64,000 nucleotides of DNA from Bispira polyomma (Eukaryota). The position numbers were made by a program, and so were the translations under genes. Below the pieces are notes generated by a model, which worked only from the letters and a program-made list of their open reading frames with translations, did no database searches and was not told the origin of the DNA. Positions 27,780-40,849 of this stretch are shown in pieces (position 1 is the stretch's first letter; the number at the start of each line of letters is the position of its first letter). Location: positions 22,320,001 through 22,384,000 of the forward strand of contig OZ287756.1 of the NCBI GenBank assembly GCA_965649765.1, given 5' to 3'.

Positions 27780-28695
27780 TAACATATAACATGGGAAGGT
27801 TCCATGCAGAGTTTTGTTGAACCCAGGACAAAATAATGCCATAAGGTTGATAGATAGTCATCTAAGTTCTATCACAAGTTCACATCACCAAAATACCCAC
27901 AAGGACAAATTCGCATCACCAAAATACCCAGTGAGACATATTTTCATCGTAAATATATTAGAACATGTTTGCATCACCGAGAAACTGATCAAAACATGTT
28001 TTCATTACCAATATCCCCATTACAACCTGTTTCGAACATCCACGAAGACATATTGCCATCACATAAATTCAAACCAGAACATGTTCTCATCACCCAAATA
28101 CCCATTACTCATCAAGATATGTTTCCATTATAAATATATCCATTACATCACCAATATACCCACCAGGACATGTTTACATCACCAATATACACATCAGGAC
28201 ACGTTTACATCACCAATATACCCATCAGTACACGGTCACATCACCAATATACCAAATCAGGAGATGTGACATCACCAATATACCCATCAGGACATGTTAC
28301 ACCACCAATATACTCATCAGGACACGTTACATCACCAATATACCCATCAGGACATGTTATCAGAATTATACCCTTCAGGACACCAATATACCCATCATGA
28401 CACAAGTATACTCACCAGGAAATCTCACCATTATTAATATACCCACAAGGACATGTTTACATCATCAATATACCCATCAGGACACGTTCTTATCACCAAT
28501 ATACCCATCAAAATATGTTAACAACACTAATATACCCATCATGACACCAATATACCCACCAGGACACGTTCTTATCACAAATATACCCATCAGGACATGT
28601 TTACATTACCAAAATACCCATCAGGACATGTTCACAACACCAATATACCCATCAGGACACCAGTATAACCATTACGACATTGTCCGTTCAGTAAA
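27780..28695 (+). repeat. Second, more diverged copy of the satellite-bearing element
   Basis: Flank ATGGGAAGGTTCCATGCAGAGTTTTGTTGAACCCAGGA matches ~22323-22360; CACCAATATACCCATCAGGACA monomers; ends TTGTCCGTTCAGT as in the 23638 spacer. Confidence 0.85.
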
Positions 28696-28745
28696 AGTGG
28701 GGCCTGGTTATTTTTTGGTCCCAATAGCCATGTTAAAACACACTG

Positions 28746-29832
28746 TAATAGCCCAGTCACACCTACACGTGCTGGAGCTACGTGTGTGTTACATTTTGGA
28801 CTGTTTAGAAACGTAGTAGAAGGTAATGGCAAAGTGATGGTCTCTGGTGCGTTCGTTCCGTGACGTTGCTTAACGGATGATATCGTTCCGGAAACGTCTC
28901 CGTCCTAGTAAGCCTACGCTTCCTTTCAGCACATTTTTATAGGCCGACGTCGGTCGATTTTTTCGCTCATCATACAATACTAGCAAGTGCTTCAGCAGAT
29001 TCAAATCAGATCCGATCAGACATCCGCCGACGTCTGTTTGGCTAACAGATTTAATCTGTCAAGGAGGGAAAAAATCGGGAGGGCTGACCGATTTTGAACC
29101 AAAAATGGCTACAAAACCACTGTCATAGGTATAGTTTCATCCAATAAATACTGAATATTCATCATATGTTAAAGTTGAAAATGGTATGAGAAAGCTTATT
29201 TTATTGTGATTACTGTGCTTTTTTCCTCACCAAAATCCGTTAAGAAACGGCTCAGATATTTAAGTTTATAGAAGAATACCCCATTTAACTTCCCATTCTA
29301 CAGTGAATAATACGTCACAGTGACGTCATAATGACGTCAGCTTTGTAGCTACGTCACAGCTTACATACCAGGAAGTAAAAATGGATACTCTTTTTTTTAA
29401 CTGTATATATCTCAGTCGTTGTTTCTAAACGAATTTTTGTGGAAAAAGAAGCACTTTAACAATAAAATAGGCTTTCTCCTACCATCTTTCTCCGGAATGT
29501 GCTGAAAGGAAGCGTAGGCTTAGTAGTGAGATCGTCTCCACTCGTCTCCATTAGTAAAGAAACGTTTCACTAGGTAGAAAAACGGACCAGAACGCAGCTG
29601 TAAGTAGCATACAGTAAATGTAGGTAGTAGTAGGTAGGATATCCTACCAGTAAAGTCTTTGTTTTTTTCTCCCGCTTCGTGTGTAAAAGCTCCAACATCG
29701 TCACCAAAACGTCACAATCGACTGCACCTTCGTCAAAATAACGTCACTATGACACAAACCTACCCCGTTTTTAGATATATTGCTTTGGTACGTTGTGGAA
29801 CGATAGCATGTGTAGGTGTGACTGGGCTATTA
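28746..29832. mobile_element. MITE with 28-bp TIRs (outer element of a nest)
   Basis: TAATAGCCCAGTCACACCTACACGTGCT vs AGCATGTGTAGGTGTGACTGGGCTATTA, 27/28 match. Confidence 0.85.
28911..29520. mobile_element. Nested MITE with perfect 25-bp TIRs and TAGTA duplication
   Basis: TAGTA|AGCCTACGCTTCCTTTCAGCACATT ... AATGTGCTGAAAGGAAGCGTAGGCT|TAGTA. Confidence 0.85.
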
Positions 29833-31059
29833 GTCTGTGATAGGAATAACAAGTCTTATAAATCATGCTTCGCCTAAATGAACAATTTTTGGGTTGGGAC
29901 TATAATACACATAGAGATATACCCGCGAAACGAGGCTTCGTTTGGGAAAAAAATAACTGCTGTAGTGTATTAACTGCAAACATTTCTTCCCTCAAGACTA
30001 CACACCTGTGATCTAATAAACACCAGTAACAGCTACAAATATGACCATTTGTAACACAATACCAATATATGAATTCATGTTCTACCACAAAACATGAAAA
30101 GAACACTGATTGTGTATTGTATTTGTAGTCAGTCAATAGACAGGTGATGTTTTTGTGTAAACAAAACCTCCCAGATATAAGATCTCTCCCTGTAGCTTCT
30201 GTACAGTGTATGTATATGTACACTGTGTATAGGTACATAGCATATTCTATGGATATTTATACAGGATTCATTACTGCCATTCTTCTTGTTGTGGTGGTCT
30301 GCTCCAAATCCTCTATGGACTTATGCTACTGTACACAAACACACACCCATACGCACCCATACAGACACACAGACATCACTGGTCAAAGTGGTCCTGCTGT
30401 CAAGATATTTTGACCACAACCCAATATGGTTTCTATGGTAACAATTTCAGATTTGTTTGTTGTTGTTTTTCTGCACCATGGGACATGGTTGATATATGTG
30501 TATATTCTAGACAGAGCTATGTGCTCACACACTTGACATCTAACAGATGCCAATACCATATATGTAATCCCTATAAGCCCTACCCCCCCTTCCCCCCCCC
30601 CCCCCATCCCCCAATATTTCTCACCATGAAGCCTCCAGATACTTGTGTCTACATCTATGGGAATGGGAACCCTGGCCTGAATTCCATGGTCTCTCTTTTC
30701 ATGACAGCACCTGTTTTATATGAATAATACCAGTGTATATGATTACATCATGACAGTTCTCACCCGGGGACACAAGGTCTGACTTTATAAGTTATTGGCA
30801 TGTGGCTATGGTTATTTATTTAGTGATAGTTGATCTGGTATTATATGGTATAGTTTACATAATATTATATGATATGTAATAAGATTCCAACAGGAGGTAA
30901 AATGATGTGTGGTATCTGAATATGTAGAAAAGAGCACCTGCTTCTTGTACAATATATAGAATGGCTGTACAGGGAGTTGTGGGGGAAATGCTAAAAGGGG
31001 GTTGTGCAATTATTTTATACATATATTATAAAATTACATGGACTATTATAACAATAAAT

Positions 31060-31385
31060 TTGAAAAAGGAACAATTTGTGTTGCCTTTTCAACAGGTCTT
31101 GTTATTTTATTTATGTATTAAATATATAGTGACTTGCACATAACATTATAAATTAAACAAAAACAGAAACAATTTTAGTTGGCTTTTTAACAGGTCTTGA
31201 TATTTTATTAGTTTATTATGTAGTAGGTAATTGCACATAGCAATATAAATTAAACAAAAAAAACAGGAACAATTTTAGTTTACTTTTCAACAGGTCATGT
31301 TATTTTATTAGTTTATTATATAGTTACTTGTACATAATATTATAAACTAAAGAAATATAGGAACAATTTTAGTTGCACTTAGCAA
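31060..31385. repeat. Degenerate ~97-bp AT-rich tandem repeat (3+ copies)
   Basis: GAACAATTT(T)AGTT..TTT(C/T)AACAGGTC recurs at ~31068, 31166, 31266, partially 31360. Confidence 0.75.
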
Positions 31386-31780
31386 TAACAGTCAGTTCAT
31401 TGTTGAATGAAAAAACAGAGCATAGTTACTTGGTCAAGGTTATATGCACTGCAAACGACCGGCCTTCAGCAAGTCTACTGCCAATGGTTCCACAAACACG
31501 CCAGGGTAGAGATTTGAACCCACGACTGCAGTAGATGTGTGACGAGTAGTGTGTAACCACCAAACACCGAGAGATCCCCAGATTACTGAAACAAGTATCC
31601 AGTAATATAAGACCATGTATGTCACTAACCGTACAATGTGTATGTCAGTAAAAACAGAAATATAAATGGAACAACAATTGAGAATTTCACTCAGACCGAA
31701 GCACTGGAACAAAATTTAGAACTATTTATATAAATATAATTATTTTTTATTTCATGCTTTAATTTTTTTTTATTTTTTTT

Positions 31781-31812
<32 letters not shown>

Positions 31813-32689
31813 GGGGGGGGGATTTCAACACACTGACAAATAAATGATCAATTCTTGTGATGAATTAAGAGTTGAATTTATCAAAATATTTCTAGCATTT
31901 ATAAAGAAAATGAATATTATCTTAAACCAACAAAGCTACATATATAAAGTGTTACAAATGGAAAACTACCGACAAATCTTGATACATTCAAAGTATTCCA
32001 AAGATGTATATCTGATCCATGTTGGCATATTAAATATAAAATAAGAAGAACGACATATCAAATAACAAGTAATATATATGAGTTATTATGACATTAAATA
32101 CAAAAATTGGAGAACCTGAAATGGTGCAGTTCAAAACAGGCAAAAATAGGAGACAAATCTTAAAAAAATAATACCAACTTTGTATCTGTTTCTGTCAAAG
32201 CCTATCTTATTACAAAAGCAATATATCTTCATTATGTCAGAGTTTCAACTCAAACCGTCCAGCAAAAAGAAGAAATTATTCAAAAGAATATTCTTTAAGA
32301 AATTACCAAAGTCCAGTTCCCCCATCTCTTGTTAATGTAAAAACCAAACTGGTTAGTCCACAAACTTTATCTGACGTCTGTTTGATAAGTGATTTAAGAG
32401 ACCTACAATGCCACTTGATTAAACTCCGGGAATTTATTTTATACCAGTGGGCGATAAATGGGGTTTATTGTACCTTAATTTGATTAGAACACGAGTAATC
32501 TGAGCAGTTTATCTGCTGGCTGTCACTCTTAGCTTATTAACAACAAAACCCCCATGTCTATATAAAACACACACAGAAAGATATACTGGGGTGGGAGGGG
32601 GGTTTCTCGCGCCTGTTATAATCTCTCCCCCCCCCCCCCCCCCCAGTCCCTATCTGTGTGAGAGAACTCTAACTAAATCTACAGACAAG

Positions 32690-32952
32690 GGGGTCCGGTT
32701 GGAGCCCATTTTATAATTTAGCCCATCTTAAGATGGACTATAGCCCAACTTAGGTGCTCTACGTCAGGATGCTATTCCATCTTTAGAAGATAGCTTATTA
32801 ATTATTAATTGAATGAGTAATTATTAGAAAAGGAATATATTTAAAATGTATGTTTTCTAAATATTTAGTTTAAAAGTTTTTCTGGGAAATCTTAAGACAG
32901 GTCAAATTGAGTCGCACATCTTAAGATAGACTGAATCCTAAGATGGGCCCCA
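32690..32952. mobile_element. MITE-like element related to the inner part of the 2923-5020 arms
   Basis: GCCCATCTTAAGATGGACTATAGCCCAACTTAGG resembles GCCAATCTTAAGATGAGCTACAGCCCAACTTAGG at ~3467-3500; repeated ATCTTAAGAT palindromes. Confidence 0.6.
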
Positions 32953-33159
32953 ACAGTCACAAAATCAAGGCGTTCCAAACCAAGCAAGTGAGGGTCAAAG
33001 GGAGAAATGAGGAGAGATGGGAGGAAGAAGCCCAGTCTGTTAAGTCTCGCATAGCCTTCCATAGGGCTCTAGTGTGTGGCCATATTCTCAAAAAAAAAAT
33101 TATTATTATTATTAAAATATTTATCTACCACCTCATTGATATTTCATCCACTGGGGTGT

Positions 33160-33390
33160 TCATTCTATGAAATGGATTGTCCGTTGTCCGACAACAAATA
33201 GCCTTGGTCATCATCAGTCAGAATGGCGTATTGTCACATCTTCTACAAGGATCTTATCTTACCACTGAACCTAACGGCTTTAGCTGGAGTTAAAACCGGG
33301 GACCTTACAACAAATAGGCCAATTGCCCCAGTGGGAGTGGAACCGGGAACCTTCTGATCACCAGACCAACTTTCCAACCACTGGGCCAAT
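33160..33390 (-). mobile_element. tRNA-derived SINE of a third family (same as 49455-49685)
   Basis: CTTCTGATCACCAGACCAAC is the reverse complement of GTTGGTCTGGTGATCAGAAG at 49473; A box TGGCCCAGTGG on the minus strand. Confidence 0.7.
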
Positions 33391-34151
33391 GGAGACCACA
33401 TCCAGTATTCTCAAAATAAACTCACGATTAAGACTAAAAACTCCAATATAGGTTATGTGGAAATCCTTTTACAAGTATAAGTCATTTCAAATATGAAATC
33501 AGGTTTTCAAAATGTTTACTGTATCCAGAGTTGTAGAGAATCCAGATTTGAGTTTGCCACACTTGATTTTGCCACAATTTCCACAGGGGCATTGATTTTG
33601 CAACAGTTGTTTGCTTTGATATAAAATTTGTTTAATTTTTTAAGTAAAGCGTTATGGAGGCTTTGTTGGTATTGGCTATTGTTGGTAAAATTGCTATACA
33701 TGTGCTTAAAATCAACTATATATTCACCAATATCAATAATGATAGTATTACTATAATGTGCTCATTTATTTTTATTGCATTGAGAAATATGAAGTAAAGT
33801 ATACTTTTTTTATCTGTAAGAAGACAAAAAAGCAGTGGCAAACTTCAGCCTTCAACCTGGCTAGGTGGCTCATAGATGGCAAGGAAACAACATTAACACT
33901 AGACAATGGGTCTTGCAGCAAGTAAAGGTCCATCCAGAATTGAATGGTGAATATCATTGTGGTGAAAAACGTGAATATTTGAACGATGAATATCATTATA
34001 TTGAAAACATAATAGCACACAAGATATAATTGTTAAAAATTTCCATGTCAGCATTGTCAAGTCTATAAGCAAGTTGCTGTTTGCTATAGCTAAAGTTTTA
34101 TTGAGAAGCAAAACCATGACAAAGACTTTGATATAATAAACAAGTTTATAA

Positions 34152-34386
34152 TAAGCTGTGGTCACACTGAGCACTTTCGCGTTGCGTTTAAGATTCTGTA
34201 AACGTAAGAAAACAGAAATGAACAAAATGAAAATTCGGGGAAAATAAAAAAAACGGGATATTAATGGACCATCTTACTCACGCATGCTTATGTTTACTTA
34301 AGTACACTACGTTCTGCTTACGTTTCCCTTTCGTTAGCCATTTTTTGTGTGTAATCGAAACGTAAGCCCAGTCTGACCACTGCATA
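34152..34386. mobile_element. Short MITE (possibly PIF/Harbinger-type)
   Basis: TAAGCTGTGGTCACACTGAGC vs GCCCAGTCTGACCACTGCATA, 17/21 inverted match. Confidence 0.55.
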
Positions 34387-34455
34387 AGATAACCAGGCAA
34401 AACAACTTCTTCCGTAATTTCATTTTGAAATACACTTGGATTTTGAATTTTAGGT

Positions 34456-35296
34456 GGGTTTTACGTTGCTTTTAACAGCTTAGGTCATCTTGCGATGACC
34501 AGGTTTAATGATGGGAGAAACTGTACTAAACCACTGTAGTAAACCACTGTACTAAACCACTGTAGTAAACCACTGCACTAAACCACTGTAGTAAACCACT
34601 GTACTAAACCACTGTACTAAACCACTGTAGTAAACCACTTTACTAAACCACTGTAGTAAACCACTGTACTAAACCACTGTAGTGAACCACTGTACTAAAC
34701 CACTGTAGTAAACAACTGTACTAAACCACTGTAGTAAACCACTGTAGTAAACCACTGTAGTAAAGCATTGTAGTAAACCACTGTACTAAACCACTGTAGT
34801 AAACCACTGTACTAAACCACTGTAGTAAACCACTGTACTAAACCACTGTAGTAAACCACTGTAGTAAACCACTGTAGTAAAACACTGTAGTAAACCACTG
34901 TACTAAACCACTGTAGTAAACCACTGTACTAAACCACTGTAGTAAACCACTGTAGTAAACCACTGTAGTAAACCACTGTAGTAAAACACTGTAGTAAACC
35001 ACTGTACTAAACCACTGTACTAAACCACTGTACTAAACCGCTGTAGTGAACCACTGTAGTAAACCATTGTACTAAACCACTGTACCACTGTAGTAAACCA
35101 CTGTACTAAACCACTGTAGTAAACCACTGTAGTAAACCACTGTACTAAACTACTGTACTAAACCACTGTAATAAACCACAAACATACAGCAAAGTACCTG
35201 ACTGACTTCTCTACATGAAGGAGATTCGAACCCACATTGGTGACAGACCAGTGATTGTAAAGCAGACGCTTTTAACTATTAGACCACCACAGGCCT
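34456..35296 (-). mobile_element. tRNA-derived SINE interrupted by a minisatellite
   Basis: SINE 3' end GGGTTTTACGTTGCTTTTAACAGC on the left; B box GATTCGAACC and head GACCACCACAGGCC on the right; matches the uninterrupted copy at ~43148-43345. Confidence 0.75.
34521..35180. repeat. 13-bp minisatellite (CCACTGTA[G/C]TAAA)n, ~50 copies
   Basis: Directly visible; two interspersed variants. Confidence 0.97.
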
Positions 35297-38200
35297 GGAA
35301 ATACAGTTTTTTTTCTGTCAATAGTTTCATACTTGACATCTTTTTTTTTCTACAACAAACCATCTTCAAAATGTCACATACAATATTTACATTAACACGA
35401 GTTGTATACAGTTTAATGTCAAGAAATTCAAAAATCCGGCTGAACTACTGTTTATCCCCCAAAGAACAATTTTTTCACCATTTTTCCCTTTCCCCTGTTT
35501 AACAATAAACATATGTCCCTTGTGGACACACCCCTCCCCACACTCCCACACCCCCCCCCCCTCCCCGACACGCACCCATACAACCCCAACAGCAAATGCA
35601 CACTCCTCAGAAAGTATCAACAGACAACTAACCCCCAGTGGGTTCTTCTCTAAAACCAACAGCCACCCACACGAGTAACTCAGCCCCTTTCTTTTTACAA
35701 CACTCGCCGATGTTTTGGGATATTACCGTAAAACCACGAAATCGTGCCTCACCGTCAAGCAAAAAGATTAAGACTGTTTCTCCATTTTAATTTTTTTCAA
35801 AATTGTCAGTTCAATAGAATTGAATATCCAATACATTTATGTTTATTACTAATCTAAATTTAAAAAGTGATGAACTGATTTGCTTGGCTTATAGTGTGGT
35901 CAATTTGAGCATTTGTGTGTTAAAATGTCCATAGTTTTACTGTAGTAAAGCCACTTACTCCTAGCAATCGGCCAATCTCCGCTATTGTATAATACCCCTA
36001 ACTGGCAGCAGATTGGCGGAGGTTCATTAGTTGCTATTGAAGATTTTTGGGGTCTTTATTCTGGCATTTTAGAAACACCCCAGCCAAAACTTAAAATTTT
36101 TGCCCTATGTAGTTTGTTAGTTTGAGACATATTTATATAATGTTAGACATTTCAAAGTTGAACTTAAAAAAAAAAAAAAATTTTTTTTTTCAAATGCTAA
36201 ATGTTGTTATTATTAACTGTACAAAGATATTATACTGCATACCTCAGATTTGAGTAGATTTAAGGCTTTAGTTAAGTTTAAGGATAAATCGTGTAAACAG
36301 TAAATATGGGCTCCTCGTGGCCAGTACAATACATGGCCTGTCCAAAGATGTTGTAGAATGTAACCACCATGGTGTAAGTTAGCCTTGATTGGTCTCTACA
36401 GTGTGCCATGGAAATAGAGACTACTCATTTTCCCTCAAGTCCAGTGAAAATGTGTTAATGATAGAATTTATTTGAAAAAAAAAAAAAAAATAAATGACTA
36501 AATATTTTTCTTAAAACATTTCAAGAAAATATGATTTAACACTGACAATTATTTTATCAGATACGTTTTCCCAGTTATTAGAATGGAATGGGTCTTTAAT
36601 CAATCAGTAGTAATGTTGTGCATTAAATAAATGTGCAAATATTGAGCCAGATAAAGGCTAGGAGTGGTCAGTCTGTGGGCGGGCTTTTGTTGTGACATGC
36701 GGACAGGAACAAGGCTTACAACAACGTGCTATTGTCTTTTGGCTAGAGTTGGACGGAAGTGGCAAAAGCAAAGAAGGAGGGATATTGAAACCGCCCCATT
36801 TACAATATTGCACCTTTCCATGAAATCTCTTCCTCTAACGAAAACCAAAACAAATTGTATTATGACGTAATCGAGTGTGTTTGTACTTTCTTGTTTCCCC
36901 TCATAGTAAACCGTGTAAAATCAATTTTTGTCGTGTTTTATATGTAAACAAAGAGTACATCACATGACCCTCTTACGTCATAGCGTCACATGACGTCCAC
37001 GTGGTTATCAAATCTGGTGCGAGAACTGTGAAGTCAGAGAGATCCATATCACCACTTATGTGTCCTAAAACAATGAACACCCTTTTCTGTAGACAAGAAG
37101 ATATGCATGCCATTAATTAAAATCGTGGTAGCACTTCAGAGGCATCTACTGTGCATAAAAACAATGGGGGAGAACATATCAGTTCTATCTCTGTACATTG
37201 ATATTTGATATATGTTGGAGTCTATTTCTTTCTTAAATAATAGACTACAACTACATAAGATTACAAGTTTGGCAGTCAATCTGGGCTATTTTAAATAACA
37301 TTAAACAGCCAAACTTAAGATGTCCAGGGTCCATATCCACTAAGATTCTTACAATTAGAATTACACTTTATTCATACAATTTTCTAAGATAACAGCCATT
37401 TTCTAAGAAAATTTCTGAGAATAAGAATTTTCTATTTTTAGATTTCCAAAGTAAATGTTGACAAGTTGAGTATTATAATACCTGTGTACAACACAGGTAG
37501 CATTAATATTTTAGTTGTTGATTAGCATGGAACTATTGTTTTTGGTAAAGTTTTATTGAAAAAGCATGTTTATGACAATTCTTAGTAATTTACATAGAAA
37601 AAGCTTTTCTGAGAAAATCCGCAAAATAAGTAATCCTACGTGAAATAATGTCAGTGAATATGGATAGTAATGTTTTGTGAAGTGGCTAGTCCATCTCAAA
37701 ATTGGCTTGTCGAACCTAAAAAGCTATTTTGGGCCTCATTTGGTGATGTTTTTATAGCTATCCATAAATTTCTATATCCATGTACCTTTCTGTACATATT
37801 TAACTATTAAAAAGTTATTTCTCCTTTACAAGTATTATCAATTATTTCTCCAGTATTTAATATTTTTCTTTATTATTTATCTTTCAATTGTTTGTTAGGT
37901 TTTTTTATTGTATTCTATGCATTAAAATAGAGAATAAGAAAATCTCTGACAAAAAGACAGTATTCAAATCATGTCTTGCCCAGTGTGTGCTAACTATGAA
38001 AAGCTGATGGAATTACCATATGTGTACACACAAAGTAAAGAATATATTGACCCAAAATTCATTTCTAATTGTATTTTTCAGTTCTCCACATTCTACTTTG
38101 CTATCTGCAAATTGACTTTGACCCCCAGATCATTTATACCAGACACTAAAATTAAGGTCAACCATTCAATATATTCAGTATGTGAGTATCCGTGTTCTCG

Positions 38201-38497
38201 TCAAACTCGTATTGCATGCTATTTTATGTTTCTTAAATTACAAACACCTTCTGAATGCTTTAAAAATAAAAGTTAGAGGTTTGTGATTTTCATTGCTCCT
38301 GAATACTACTAAACTTGTTTCCACACTGTGAAATATAACTGTGAACTAATAAACATTACTCTGGGTTTGGTGCTTGACTTTTCAACCTTTTAACCCTTTA
38401 ACCATGTTATGTAGTTGAGATATGCCCAAACTGTATGTAATAAAAGTTGTTCATAAAATGTTATTCATTTCTGTTTATTCCTAGCATCTTAGGTTAA

Positions 38498-38860
38498 ATT
38501 GCAGTACACCTGCTGCTAGGTGGTATTACTCTACCATCTTGAATAAATGGTAGTGCACTTGTTGATTGTTGGTCTTAATTGCAGTACACCTGCTGCTAGG
38601 TGGTATTACTCTACCATCTTGAATAAATGGCAGTGCACTTGTTGATTGTTGGTCTTAATTACAGTGCACATGCTGCTAGGTGGTATTACTCTATCATCTT
38701 GAATAAATGGCAGTGTACTTGCTGCTAGTTGGTCCTAGGTAAACTGCAGTGCACCTGCTGCTAGTTGGTCCTAGGTAAACTGCAGTGCACCTGCTGCTAG
38801 TTGGTCTTCATTCTACCATCCTAAGCATTGGCAGTACACTTGCTCCTTGTTGGCTTTAAT
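38498..38860. repeat. 80-bp tandem repeat with 36-bp derivative subunits
   Basis: ATT(G/A)CAGT(A/G)CAC(C/A)TGCTGCTAGGTGGTATTACTCTA at 38498, 38578, 38658; AACTGCAGTGCACCTGCTGCTAGTTGGTC at 38742 and 38778. Confidence 0.9.
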
Positions 38861-39799
38861 CTATCATTTGAATAAAACTGGACCGGATATTTAACGTGCC
38901 TAATTGATGCCAAGCAAATTATAAAGCACAACATCATTGACAAAGTTGTTAAAATCAGCGTTTGTTTCCAAAACAAATTCGTGATTGGGTGGTGACATGG
39001 AGGAGGAAGATGTCAATGAAGGATGAAAGGTTAGGAAGTGTGAAGAGATGGGTCTTAAGGTTACTTCTGAAGTCAAATAAGGTTTCTTGGGATCGAATAT
39101 TGGTTGGGGAATTATTCTATAGGGTATGTGCTGCAACAGAGAAGGCATGGAATCCAACTGAATCCCCTTGAATTGTTAGTGTATGTAGAAGAATACTGGG
39201 CTTATTTTGTTGTTGGTTTTAACTCAAGGCCAAAAATATTGTATCCTAACATATATTGTAAATATATATATAATACAAATTATTGTATTCTAATTTATAA
39301 CCATTGTATTGAACAATTTATTGATTCCTCATTCCCACCCTTTTATTGGCCGTCCTTTTACTTCACCTTAACACAGACTACTGACATATCAAACAACAAA
39401 AGCCATCTGTACACCCATTTATAAGCAAGAAGTATCAGCTACTTGGTTACAAAAAAAAAATGAAAGGACCCTACATTTTTTATTTTTTGACTTCCTCCCT
39501 TTCTACTGATTACAATAATCTGCGAGACTCCGTTGACGTAGATTTAGCTGCAGTTTACGAGGAAATTCCTTCGGCTCTGTATTTATATCTATACCACCCC
39601 ACCTCCCCCCTCCTAATTGCATAACAAGGTCCTTTGATATGACAAGCAGGCGACTTGCTCAATAAACCCTACTTTTCTTCCCCTCCCCCTTCTCATAAAA
39701 AACCCTGTACCCCTTCCCCCTAGCTCCTCCACCCCCACTTTCCCTTACAGACCCTCTGGAAAATCATGCTTTTGGCACATCAGCATACCCATCCACCAT

Positions 39800-39912
39800 C
39801 TGATTGGCTGTGACGTCACAATCGGTTAGAGCTTCTCATTGGCGCCAAAATCAGCAGCTGCAGACGATCTCTGTTCTGGTTTGCCGCTTCTGTTGTCGTT
39901 TTGCTCAGTTTT
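39800..39912 (+). promoter_or_regulatory. Candidate distal Awh promoter (two CCAAT boxes, CRE, E2F-like palindrome, Inr)
   Basis: ATTGG at 39803 and 39838, TGTGACGTCACA 39809-39820, TTGGCGCCAA 39839-39848, TCAGTT 39905-39910; ~800 bp upstream of ATG 40706. Confidence 0.55.
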
Positions 39913-40705
39913 GAGGAGTTCTACTCAAGTCTTCAATAAAAGAAAGAGAAAAAGTGTGAGTACATGTGGCGATGTGGGACGGGTCCTTAGCTATTGAGTA
40001 GAAAACAATAAAACAGTATACATATAAGGCTGATGGTCTGGATTGTTTTATTAGAAGGGCTTCATCTTTTTTAGTGTTCCAAGTTGGAGGGAGTCAGCGT
40101 CTGGACTTAAAAATTGTATATCTAGCATTGTTGTTATTGCTATTATCATTTGAGGTATATACAAACAAATATATCATAAAAAGTTTATTTTAAACATATG
40201 TATGAGTTTTTATGATTTTGCTACAAAAAGAAGACTTGGATTCTGGAATATAGTCTTGTGGAATTTTTTTAGAAAATTGCAATATTGATTTGTTTGAGTT
40301 ACACCTAGATTTAAGGGTATCAACACAAACTGTGCAAAAAACAAGCATTTCTTAGTGGTTACTTCTTTATATAACTATAATTACAAAGAACTAGAGTACA
40401 ATAATAGGAGTAGAAAGTGTGACTTTGTACTAAAAAAAGTCTATTTTATTGGATGAGAAACAGCCATCCTCACAAATAACTGCACTTGTACTAAAATAGA
40501 GAGACAAGGGGGATTATTTTTAGTATTTGTTATAAGAAGAAACACAGAAATAAATATCATAATATATAGAAAAAAGACAAGACATAAAAGAGGGAAGTTT
40601 TTTTTTTGTTGCGTCTGTCTGGAGTTTACTGTTGAAAGCTTATTTTTTGTTGTTTATAAAACAATAGAAAAGAACTCAAGTTGCTATAAAAAATCCTCTC
40701 ACAGG

Positions 40706-40786
40706 ATGACGACAAGTGAGGACAGCTTCACCAGTTCTGTGTCTTATGAGATCGAGAGGACTTCTTCATTTGGATCTCTGCTAAAG
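40706..40786 (+). CDS. Awh: Awh candidate first coding exon 1a (MTTSEDSFTSSVSYEIERTSSFGSLLK)
   Basis: ATG in AGGATGA context, 27 codons, donor AAG|GTAGGA, phase 0 matching the LIM1 acceptor. Confidence 0.6.
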
Positions 40787-40849
40787 GTAGGATCCCATTA
40801 CATATAGATTATATATATATTTATATATCTAACCTATCTTTAACAAACT

